Below, piece after piece: positions 10,519 through 20,000 of a stretch of 20,000 nucleotides of DNA. Origin of the DNA: Catajapyx aquilonaris (lineage: Eukaryota). The notes beneath the pieces are model-generated. The model searched no databases. It was not told the origin of the DNA and was given only the letters and a program-made list of their open reading frames with translations. The translations under genes and the position numbers were made by a program. Within the stretch, counting starts at the first letter, position 1. Every line of letters begins with the position of its first letter. The stretch is taken from positions 53,478-73,477 of the forward strand of contig JYFJ02001648.1 in the NCBI GenBank assembly GCA_000934665.2, read 5' to 3'.

Positions 10519-13294
10519 AGGAGATTTGCAATCTCTTTAACACTGCAATATGAACAATATCCAGGTTAAAATATTCACCGTACACAGCACTTTTTCCAAA
10601 GCGTGTATGATCCTTCCACGACATCAGAGCAATTAAAATCATGGCAGCACCTGCCAATTGACACAGCCAGAAGACTGCTTCCACAAAGTGTTTTGGAAGC
10701 ATGTGTTGAAGTTTTATTGAACGGATCAAGTCGTCAGTCAGAACAATGACCTGTGTGGAAAAAAAAATATCAATTGAAATCGTATGCTGTTTGGATTGCG
10801 TAATCGCCGTTTAGAAAAAAATTTGAATTATTATCTCAATGACGTGAGAGTTGCATTGCCTGGTAATATTTTCTTATTGAAAATCTTGAAGGCTGGGATG
10901 ACTTGCATGTAGACTACTTCTAATCTACAGTACGTATCTGATAATGTTGCATTGCATGCCTCCGTTATTTTATAATTTTACACAAGCATATTCCTCTCTT
11001 AATTTGCCCCCATACATACCTCGCTGACGGTAACTAGAGGTAATATTGCATGCGGAACATGTCGCAACAGATTTAAGTTTGGGTAAGGCTTCAGCTCAAA
11101 ACTGAACTGTATTGCTCTCCGGGCACGAACCGGATATCCGAGATCCTGAAATCAACAAAAAAAATATGCTGTACATAGTATAAATGTACTGTCGCCGGTA
11201 CCCACAACTCACTGGCTGTATGTCAACGTACGACATGTGCTTCTCTTTGTCTGGACTCAAACCTTCAACTCCTTGCAACAAAGACTCGTCACAGCCATAA
11301 AAATGAGGTTCAGAATAGAAGACTTGGCTTCCAAAGCACGGATAGGAGTCCATCAGACCGGATGGGAGACACTTGTCAGTATATGATTGCTTACAGTAGC
11401 ACTCATTTTCAGGGTAGTCTTTGGGATGGGCAGCTGTCATATCCGACATCTTGAATCGGTACAGGTCGATCCCTTTGAAGGTAGAATCCTCGACGTATTC
11501 CAGCTGGATGGACCTGTGAAACAAAATTCTGGAGTAGTCATTGTGATAATCCTGCCTCACATATGCACATTGAGACCAACCTGTGAAGTTCCTTTACAAA
11601 AATGTATGGTCTATCACTCCTACTCAAGAATGGAGGGAATATTGTCCCATCAGTGCCATTAATCATGCTGCAATACTTGTCATTCCAATCCGGCCATGTC
11701 TTACGACCTTTATATTTGAGAGCTCGAGCACGATCGAATATGTCGTCCTCACCTGACCTCACAGTTATTGGCCCATATTGCGTATTGTTCATCTGTGAAC
11801 TCAAAAACATTAATAGATGTTGAAAAATGTGCAGGCTATAAAGGCAATGAGAAAGTGTTGGAGAAAGTGTGCTTACAATACCAAGATACGAGAACTTGCC
11901 ATCCGTTAAAAACTGATCGGATGTGAAAAGTTGCCCGTGAGTTAACAGAGGGTCGTGGTATCCATCGAACAGAATTTCTCGGACAGTCTTTGTCACAAAG
12001 AGATCCTGTCTGTACGATTCCAAGATTACGTTTAAAAAGTGTGAAGTGAGTCTCCAGTCGACCAATAGGGAAGCACGTGACGCAATTTCCTGCAGATGAT
12101 GCACACCAAAATGAACCTCAAAAGTGCGGCAATACATTACTTATTCAATTACACATTACATATGTACAGTACATACCAGAAGAGGAATGTTAATGACCGT
12201 GACTACATCATCCATGCTTCCTTGTGACAAGCTCGGTTCAAAGAGAAAGACTCTTCTGTCTAAATACGTCAATGTTTTATCCTCATTGATGACAAGGTTA
12301 TCCTTCTTCCATTTCTCCCTACAAATATAATGTGTTCATATTATTCAGTTCTAGTAAAATAAAAAGTCATACGTTATGCAATAATATATTGTCTTTATAT
12401 TCCAACGAGATTACTGTAGCTGTGTATGGTCATACTCGATCCAACTCGATATAGCGATGTAGTCATAGAGGTATATCATTATTATGTACATATAAAACCT
12501 CTCACGTGAAGACATAGGTGCCGACCTCTTGAAGTTTTGGTTTGGCTCCAAAGTCACGTATTTCGTTGGGATTGGTGACATTAAAGATGCCGACGTTGCA
12601 TGTGATTGGTACAGGTGTGTCATTCCACCCTTCCCACGACTGAGATCCAGGGTAAAGGTAAAAGAGCTGAAAATATCACCAACAATATTAGAAAAGTGGA
12701 ATCGAGTGATATCAAGGTCACACTTTTATATTATTATTGTGTGGTGTCTGCAACTTTGATTTTTCTGTTTGTCAAAATTAATAACCTTGCATATCGAAAC
12801 GGACACAAAATAATGTGGAGAGTGTTTCAGTTTAAAAGGTGGAATTGAAATTTCTGTTCAATGGAAATTTAGCGATATTTAATGCAATATTATGAAAGTT
12901 TTGTCCATTCGTCAGTAGCCTATATCAGGCAATGAGTGTCAAGTCATTACCATCGAAGTATTTGAGAATATTTGATGAATTATGGCCTACGTCTTTTTGC
13001 TTGTAGACATAATTTCAGTGAATGAGAATTAATGTGCTTTTTCATAACTTGCAGATGTGTTTTTAAAAATCGATGACTGTTACTTGACACCTATTGACTG
13101 AAGATATGAAATGACATCACTACACATGTGCTCGTAGTGATTAGCTTAAATGCATAACTTACGTGGGTGGAGACCAAATATAAGACAGTTGGGTAGACAA
13201 AGTACTTGACGAAAATGCCAAAGACCATCACAAGTGCTCCAATTGTTGCCATTTGGATGGGCCTGTCCAAGAACCACCTCAGGAGGCGCATCAT
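10517..13294 (-). CDS. CD36 / scavenger receptor class B family protein, copy 1 (complete, 506 aa in this form); exons 13294-13163, 12666-12506, 12318-12177, 12089-11877, 11792-11581, 11513-11213, 11145-11020, 10750-10517
   Basis: Eight GT-AG-bounded exons join in frame (1521 nt). Hallmark CD36 motifs: N-terminal TM, FNVTNP..I..GAKPKLQEVGTYVF, TVREILFDGY.DPLL, YCSMINGTDGTIFPP, PENECYC, SEPHFY, KHMSYVDIQP..G.P, C-terminal TM. An alternative 3' end is possible (next feature). Exact ortholog (croquemort/SNMP/SCARB) cannot be assigned by eye. Confidence 0.93.
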
Positions 13295-13329
13295 CCTTTG
13301 AAACACCCTTTACACTCCTTTCAACATAC

Positions 13330-13366
13330 GACTATAACGACGCCAGTTCGCGGTTTTTGTTTTATA
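13330..13366 (-). promoter_or_regulatory. Putative core promoter of SR-B copy 1 (TATA box plus Inr-like motif)
   Basis: TATAAAA on - at 13366-13360, ATAGTC about 31-36 nt downstream (13335-13330), roughly 40 nt before the ATG at 13294. Confidence 0.4.
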
Positions 13367-15080
13367 CTGACGGAAGGTATTTATGAGGTTGCCATCATAA
13401 AGGGATTTTTCCAGTAGATGTAGTAATTTATTGTTGTATAAGCATCAGGCATAGGCTATTAGGGTATTTTACAATCTTGTACAATTAATGGGCTGTATAG
13501 GAGAAATTCAGGTTAATGGTGTTATGGAGACACCCAGCAGTCACGGCCGTACAAAGAGATGTTCATGCTACATTGATTATGTGAGGATTGTCCTTGGGCA
13601 GATTACCATTCTTTTAAGTGACTTTGTACTACCAGTTAGTATAATATTGGTATATGACCTATCAATCTTCGAGGCAATATCTTACGGCACTTATGTTATC
13701 ACGATTTCCATGGGTTTCCCCACACTTACTACCTTTCATTCCACTTTCAAGTGCGGGCTGTTACTTCTTTTCCTGATGGCCTATCCTAATTATACTGCAT
13801 GTGTATATTTCGGCTCACTGGGAGTTTTCAAAAAAAAATCTTCTCAACTATAAATAATGTGTGTAATTTTTGCATTTTTGACAAGAAATTTGAACTTTTC
13901 AACTTTTGACGATAACATACCGTATGTTTTGTTCAATCGTAACTTATATCGAAACTTATAATCAAACTTATAATATTGGGTGGAGGAGATAGTTTGTCTG
14001 GCATTCCATGTCGAACGTGCTGTAATACATAAATTCGGTTGGGAGCTAGCCATCTGTTTAATATTATTGACAATACGCAATTGATTACCTTACGTGCCCG
14101 TTTTAGTAGTTTAAAATTCAGCTTTTAATAAACAATTTACGTAGAGGAGAAATAAAAAGCCGAAACACACCACCAAAGCTATGGACGTCAAGTTATCAAA
14201 ATAATAAATTTATCGAAACATACTGTGTAATGGTAAATGGAACCGGAACAACATTATTCCGTCCTTTTATTAGCAGGTATGACTTATTCATTTTGATATT
14301 ATATTGAGTTCGATGGTCCGCCACTCTCAGTCACTTTTTCAAAAGAATTTACAATAATTGAATTTAAACTGACAATTTGTAGAGGAAGGTTTTGTGACGT
14401 ATTTACCAAAGCAAGTTTTCTTAATCACTAATAAGTAGTTTAAGGACAGATATAGGCTACAATCATAATACTGTAGGAAACGAACAACAAACAAATGAGA
14501 AACAAGGCATGAATTAATAAGGATCTTAACAAAGTTGTCAAGTTCCATATGAACATTGTCATTTATAATCCATGACTTTGGTTATCATCAAACAGTGCTA
14601 GCTTTTACATCTCCATTAGCTATACACACCCAGGAGAATTCTTGACGCTCATAACATTGGTTCTTCACCTCCTTCGAGGCGTTTTTGAGCCCTTTTTCCA
14701 CAGAAAGTAGGATTCTTCCATCAAGTAGTTGACAGTAGTTGACACATCCAAAAGAGTGTTTCCACCGAAATTTTGGGTAGCATGAATCGAAGTTGGATTT
14801 GACGGACCAAGTCGTCAGTCAGAGCCACAACCTGATGGGACAACAAAGAATACACCTTTGCACTTACATCGCATTGCAGCAGCAGATAAGAAAGATACGG
14901 ACGTCATATACAATAGATCTCCATGCAAAGAAGGCTGTTTATCTACATACGATCTGCATGCTCGTATCTTAAATGAAATTGTAGTGTTATTGGCAACAAT
15001 AATTAACCCTTTGCTGCCTACGGCCATCATATGATGTCCGGAGATTTGCCCTGCCAACTTGGGTCATTTTTCAACGCAAA

Positions 15081-15582
15081 AAATTTCGACCTCACCGATT
15101 TTCTTGAAATTCGGTGCATTGGTAGCCCACCCCAAGGGATGAAAAACGCACCTATAGTGACCTGATCAAAATGACCTCGTGACCCAATTATGAGGGGGGC
15201 AGAGGTCAAATCATAAAATTCCGACCTTTCCGATTTTCTTCAAATTCGGTCCATAGGTAGCCCACACCAAGGTATGACAAATGCACATATAGTTCCCTGC
15301 TCGAAATGACCCTGTGACCCATATTGGAGGGGGGCAGAGGTCAAATTTCGACCTCATCGATTTTATTGAAATTCGGTGCATTGGTAGCCCACCCCAAGGG
15401 ATGAAAAACGCACCTATAGTGACCTGATGAAAGTGACCCTGTGACCCAATTTTGAGTGGGGCATAAAATTCCGCCCTCGCCGATTATCTTCAAATTCGGT
15501 GCATTAGTAGCCCACACCAAGGGATGACAAACCCACCTATAGTTCCCTGCTCGACATGACCCTGTGACCCATATTGGAGGGG
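15081..15582 (+). repeat. Four tandem ~117-135 bp units (15081-15215, 15216-15342, 15343-15465, 15466-15582)
   Basis: Recurring aaattYcgacct..ccgattttctt.aaattcggtgcattggtagcccac.ccaagggatga.aaa..cacctatagt.cctg....atgacc..gtgaccca...gagggg. Confidence 0.95.
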
Positions 15583-15711
15583 ACCTATGTCAATGCACCG
15601 AATTTCAAGAAAATTTGGGACTGGCACTTGCAAAGTCTCCCTTGTGATTCACTAAGGCGGGTAGTACATGTGCGCAAAAAAATGTAAGTGTGTATAACCT
15701 TGGTATAACCC

Positions 15712-16012
15712 CCGAATTTCAAGAAAATCGGTTAGGTTGGAATTTGACCTCTGCCCTCATCAGAATTGGGTCATGAGGTCATTTTGATCAGGTAACTATA
15801 GGTGCATTTTTCATCCCTTGGGGTGGGCTACCAATGCACCGAATCTCAAGAAAATCAGTGACGAGGTCGAAATTTTATGATTTGACCTTTGCCCCCCTCA
15901 AAATTGGGTCACGAGGCCATTTTTATCAGGTAACTATATGTGCGTTTTTCATCCCTTGGTGTGGGCTACCAATGCACCGAATTTGAAGAAAATCGGCGAG
16001 GTCATAAAATTT
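15712..16012 (-). repeat. About 2.3 copies of the same unit in inverted orientation (plus a fragment at ~15591-15615)
   Basis: tttttcatcccttgg.gtgggctaccaatgcaccgaat.t.aagaaaatc is the reverse complement of the unit core and occurs twice. Confidence 0.95.
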
Positions 16013-17282
16013 CCGGAAAAGGGGGGAAAAAAAACTCCGTCATCAAAGGGTTAAAGCAGGTCCTGTACGTACCATTCGTCATTCCGTATATTGCTGATGT
16101 CGTAAATATCTTGCACTGCATGCTTTTTTTATTGTGCAATCGCGGCCAAAACAGCGATTCTTATCATTATATAAGAATAATATAAAATGCATTATATTGC
16201 ACTGCTTACGTCTGTCATGACTGTACGGGACATTTCTGACGTCTGGCTGGTGTGACTTGCACAATATAATATGTGTGCTTCTAATCTGCAGCATCTGCAG
16301 GGTATGGCACTTCCTTTGTAGCCACCGATTGACCGTTCCTTTGACTATACCGCTCCATATATGCAACGAGACTGGTGAAATTACTTTATTGTAATCTGAA
16401 GGGCTCACGGGTTCCCTAGCGAAAATTGCAGTTACTGTTGTGTTAGTCGTACTTCCAGCTCCATATACATGCAAAGAAACAATTCTGACAGCTTTCACAA
16501 CTTCGGTTGGGTGCATGTTGTTACATGATGTGAATGCAAAACACAGGTACCGAATCAGAAAATTTCGCTAAGTACTTGTGATATGTAGTGTACGCGTTGA
16601 TAGAGACTTTCTCTAGCCTCGTTAAACGTACATTTCACTGTAAAATATTTATAATATTGTGGAAATGGCGACAGTTTTAACACTTCTCCAAGTGTGGGAG
16701 CTGCCACTTGATCAGAGGGTACATAATATTATAGAACCTATATAATACTCGTACATTTCAAGCCAGTGTAAACCAGAATTATTTAATTGCATATCATTAC
16801 ACGACAACTAAAAATGTAACAGAGAAAGTGCAGATTTTCACACGTCTGAAGGACGTGAAAGTTTATTACGGTGTAAAACCATCACAGCACTATAACGATG
16901 CTTCATAACAGGTGCGTTTTTTACTGTAGCAAGAGGATTCGTGTTTTGAAATTATGACTGATTTCAATGATATGTAGGGGCTATGAAGTAGGCCTACTGT
17001 TGTGATTGCAATTTTTAAGCATGAAATTTTATAATAATTTTTAATCTGCGTAAATATGACACATTTAATTTTTTTGAGCAATGGTATGGGGCAGGTTCAA
17101 TAGTGTTCTGTAACAGTATTCGCTTTAGTGCCCAGACCCACATTGAACAAAATAATTAGACTCAGCCTGATCCTTTGGCATACCTTCGTTGCAGCCAGAA
17201 AGACAACGCCAAAGACTTAACCAAAGCACGTTTTCATAATGACTAATGAAATACATAACACTATAGAAAAAATGTGATTATT

Positions 17283-17288
17283 TTTATT
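17283..17288 (-). terminator. Likely AATAAA poly(A) signal of SR-B copy 2
   Basis: tttatt on +, about 140 nt downstream of the stop codon. Confidence 0.4.
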
Positions 17289-17427
17289 AACACCCTTCTG
17301 GAGTAAGCGACGTAAGACACGCTTTAAAATGAAAAACAAGTTCTGAATTAATGTGGACCTCAACAGCAACTTTCATGTACCATATGAAGAACGTCATTTA
17401 TAATTCCCTAACTTTCATTGGTTGTCA

Positions 17428-19784
17428 TCAATCAGTGATAGGTTCAACGTCTTCGCTATCTACACACACAGGAGAATTATTCTTGGCACTTAACATTGGT
17501 TCTTCGCCTCCTTCAAGGCGTTTTGGGGCATTTCTCCCACATAATGTAGGATTCTTCCACAACACCGGAGCAACTAAAATAATGGCTGCACCTGTCACTT
17601 GACACACCCAAAAGAGTGCTTCCACCAAACTTTTGGGTAGCATGAATCGAAGTTGTATTTGACGGACCAAGTCGTCAGTCAGAGCCACATCCTGTGGACA
17701 ATAAAAAGAAGTAATAAGGCACCTTTGCACTTACATCACATTGCACCAGAAGATAAGAAAGACACGGAGGCCATACAGGTCTCCACGCAAATCATGCTGC
17801 TCTTTATTTGCATATCCTAATTAATGAAGAAATGAAGAAAGTTTTATTGCCAGCAATTAAAGCAGATACTGCACAGCATAGTCATTCTGTATAATTCTGA
17901 TATTGTGCAATCGCGGACAAAAAATATAATATTGCATTTCCCTGTACAGTATAAGTTTTGCTCGTAAAATTTCGACGTCTGCCTGGTGTGAGTTGCAATA
18001 TATTATCGTATGTGTGTGCTTCTAATCTGCAGCATCTACCGTGTCTGACACTTTCCACGCCTCCATTTATAATAGCGCATCAACTGTATAAATCGTTTTG
18101 CCTCTCTTTATCCTGCCTGGCCATCCTATATACATACCTCAATGACGGAAACCAGAGGGAATATTGTATGTGGAACATGTTGCAATAGTTTCAAATTTGG
18201 GTAAGGTTTCAGCTCGAAACTGAACTGCGTGGCTCTCCTGGCACGAACAGGATATCCGAGATCCTGAAATAAACAAGCAAATTATTAATAATAGACACGT
18301 GCTGGTATCAATGTACCGGCAACTCACTGGCTGAATGTCTATGTACGTCATGTGTTTCTCTTTGTCTGGATTCAAACCTTCGACTCCTTTCACAAGAGAC
18401 TCGTCACAGCCATGGAAATGAGGCTCTGAAAATAACATGTGGCTTCCAAAGTAGGGGTACACGTCCATCATACCAGATGGTAGACACTTGTCAGTGTATG
18501 ATTCCATACAGTAGCACTCGTTTTCAGGGTAGTCTTTGGGATGTGCAGTGGTATTATCCGACATCTTGAATCGGTAGAGATTGATCCCCTTGAAGTTGGT
18601 GTCCTCCATGTAGTGCAACTGGATGGACCTGGTATTTAAAAAAAAAACACACTGGACTACTCAAGATTCACTGACATATTATTGTCAAACAACACCAACC
18701 TGTGAAGTTCTTTAACAAAAATGTATGGTCGATAACTTCTACTCATAAACGGCTGGAATATCGTTCCATCTGTGCCATTAATCATGCTGCAGTACTTGTC
18801 ATTCCAATCCGGATATGTATTACGACCTTTGAATGAGATTGTTTGAGCCAGCTCGAATATGTCGTCCTCACCTGACCTCACAGTTATTGGCCCATCTTTT
18901 GAATTGTTCATCTGTAAACCCAAATTATTAATATAGGTTGAAATGTACCGGAGGAAAAGCAGTAAGAGAGTGTATTTACAATTCCAAGAAATGAGAATTT
19001 CCCATTCCTTAAAAACTGCTCGGATGCGAAACGTTGCCCGTGTGTTAGCAAAGGATCGTAGTATCCATCGAAGAGAATTTCTCGGACAGTCTTGGTCACA
19101 AAGAGATCCTGCTTGTAAGCGTCCAAGACAAAGTTTAAAAAGTGTGAAGTGAGTCTCCAGTCGACCAATAGGGAAGCACGTGACGCAATTTCCTGCAGAA
19201 AATATATACATAGAAAAACAAACGCAATGGCCATGAATATTATTTTTGAGATGTGTTCAGTAGGCCTGCATACCAGAAGAGGATAATTGATGACAGTGAC
19301 GACATCATCATGACTACCTTGTGATAAGGCTGGTACAAAGTGAAAGACTCTTCTGTCGTAATACGTCACTGTTTTATCATCATTCTTGGTGAGATTATAC
19401 TTCATCCAATTTTGCCTGAAATTAATTAATTCCACATAGAATAAAATCGTGATGTTCAGCGATTCACCATGCTTAAAAATTATTGCATTTATACATTCCA
19501 CATTGAACTTCTGAATAGTGATCATGTTTCATGGTATTATCCTGCATTATCGTTAATGAGAATAGTAAGCTATCCAGCCATGGAAGTTTATTCGTAATTA
19601 TGTAGACATCAGAGTGTGCTCACATATAGACATAGGTGCCGACTTCTTGCAGTTTTGGTTTATCTCCAAAGTCACGTATTTCTTCGGGATTGGTGACATT
19701 AAAGATTCTAACGTTGCATGTAATTGGCAGAGGCAGATCCTTCCACCATTCCCAAACCTCGGATCCAGGGTAAAGATACAAGGT
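17428..19784 (-). CDS. CD36 / scavenger receptor class B family protein, copy 2 (5'-partial; exon 1 not in the window); exons 19784-19624, 19415-19274, 19192-18980, 18911-18700, 18628-18328, 18263-18138, 17691-17428
   Basis: Internal exon lengths 161,142,213,212,301,126 nt are identical to copy 1; all GT-AG, frame open to TGATGA. Same CD36 motifs (FNVTNPEEI..GDKPKLQEVG, CSMINGTDGTIF, PENECYC, SEPHFHG). Confidence 0.93.
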
Positions 19785-19903
19785 CTGAAAATAATAATTG
19801 TTGGTAGAAAATTTCTATTCATAATCCTGGTTTGATTTTCATACATTTTTGTCTAGTTATATAATTATGCCAACGATTGCTTTGGAGGCAGGATATATAT
19901 ACC

Positions 19904-20000
19904 TACGAGGGGCGGTCATAAAGTTCTTACAATCACCACGAAAGACTGCGGACAGCGGCGAATTTTCGCTGCTGGGGCGTAAGCACGTTACTCTAATATG
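19904..20000 (+). mobile_element. Probable terminal inverted repeat of a mariner-type element or MITE in intron 1 of SR-B copy 2 (runs off the window)
   Basis: TA followed by CGAGGGGCGGTCATAAAGTT resembles the TA-CGAGGG...AAAGT start of insect mariner TIRs, with an abrupt rise in GC. The second TIR is not in the window. Confidence 0.5.

Larger units (their letters stand above)
15007..16050. mobile_element. Non-autonomous piggyBac-like (TTAA-specific) element with foldback internal repeat arrays, 1044 bp
   Basis: TTAA at 15003-15006 and 16051-16054; termini CCCTTTG...CAAAGGG (CCCTTTGCTGCC vs reverse complement CCCTTTGATGAC); subterminal TCCGGA.ATTT inverted pair (15037-15047, 16007-16017). 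The paralogous intron has a single TTAA at 17857-17860. No transposase ORF. Confidence 0.88.
14400..16315 (-). pseudogene. Orphan partial duplicate of the SR-B copy 2 3' end (3' UTR, last exon, most of last intron), interrupted by a transposon; residual exon 14831-14721
   Basis: Aligns by eye with ~17215-18056 (e.g. ttttgggtagcatgaatcgaagttg.atttgacggaccaagtcgtcagtcagagccaca; gtgtgcttctaatctgcagcatct). Acceptor ttctttgttgtcccatcag is intact; the frame reads VVALTDDLVRQIQLRFMLPKISVETLFWMCQLLSTT* because TM2 is partly deleted. No upstream exons were duplicated. Confidence 0.85.

Noticed and set aside
13488..13853. 121-aa hydrophobic ORF upstream of SR-B copy 1
   Set aside because: No similarity to the tetraspan paralogs or any family I recognise, and no supporting exon structure; likely chance.
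15081..16012. Repeat array superficially like a CRISPR array
   Set aside because: Eukaryotic context, whole units are repeated with no unique spacers, and no cas genes.
16079..16516. 145-aa ORF with VSLHVYGAG / SPVSLHIWSGI, loosely like the Tc1 HP..V.VWG.I motif
   Set aside because: No DDE residues or TIRs identified, and its 3' half overlaps duplicated intron sequence; resemblance too weak.
17692..17734. Perfect GTAAGT donor on the minus strand just upstream of the last-exon acceptor, also present in the duplicate
   Set aside because: The implied introns (43 nt, and 36 nt in the duplicate) are shorter than every other intron here (58 nt or more); conservation is explained by the duplication.

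Overview
AT-rich, intron-dense eukaryotic DNA, probably arthropod (inferred from gene families and splice signals). On the + strand are three tandem 4-exon genes for small (~160-176 aa) four-pass membrane proteins of LAPTM/DUF4728-like type (1872-3351, 3709-4642, 8326-9133). Converging on them from the - strand is a tandem array of CD36/scavenger receptor class B (SR-B) genes: one complete copy (ATG 13294; stop at 10517 or, via a hidden extra exon, 10295), one copy whose exon 1 is not in the window (17428-19784), and between them an orphan duplicate of the second copy's last exon (~14400-16315). That duplicate carries a 1044-bp non-coding TTAA-flanked piggyBac-like foldback element whose empty site is visible in the paralog. 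Other oddities: a perfect nested palindrome (7034-7153), loss of a conserved CD36 disulfide, identical tracts between otherwise diverged paralogs, a probable mariner end and a faint BEL/Pao relic. The most interesting theme is repeated remodelling of the SR-B C-terminal tail. All gene models were assembled by eye from GT-AG sites, phase and paralog alignment; no searches were run.
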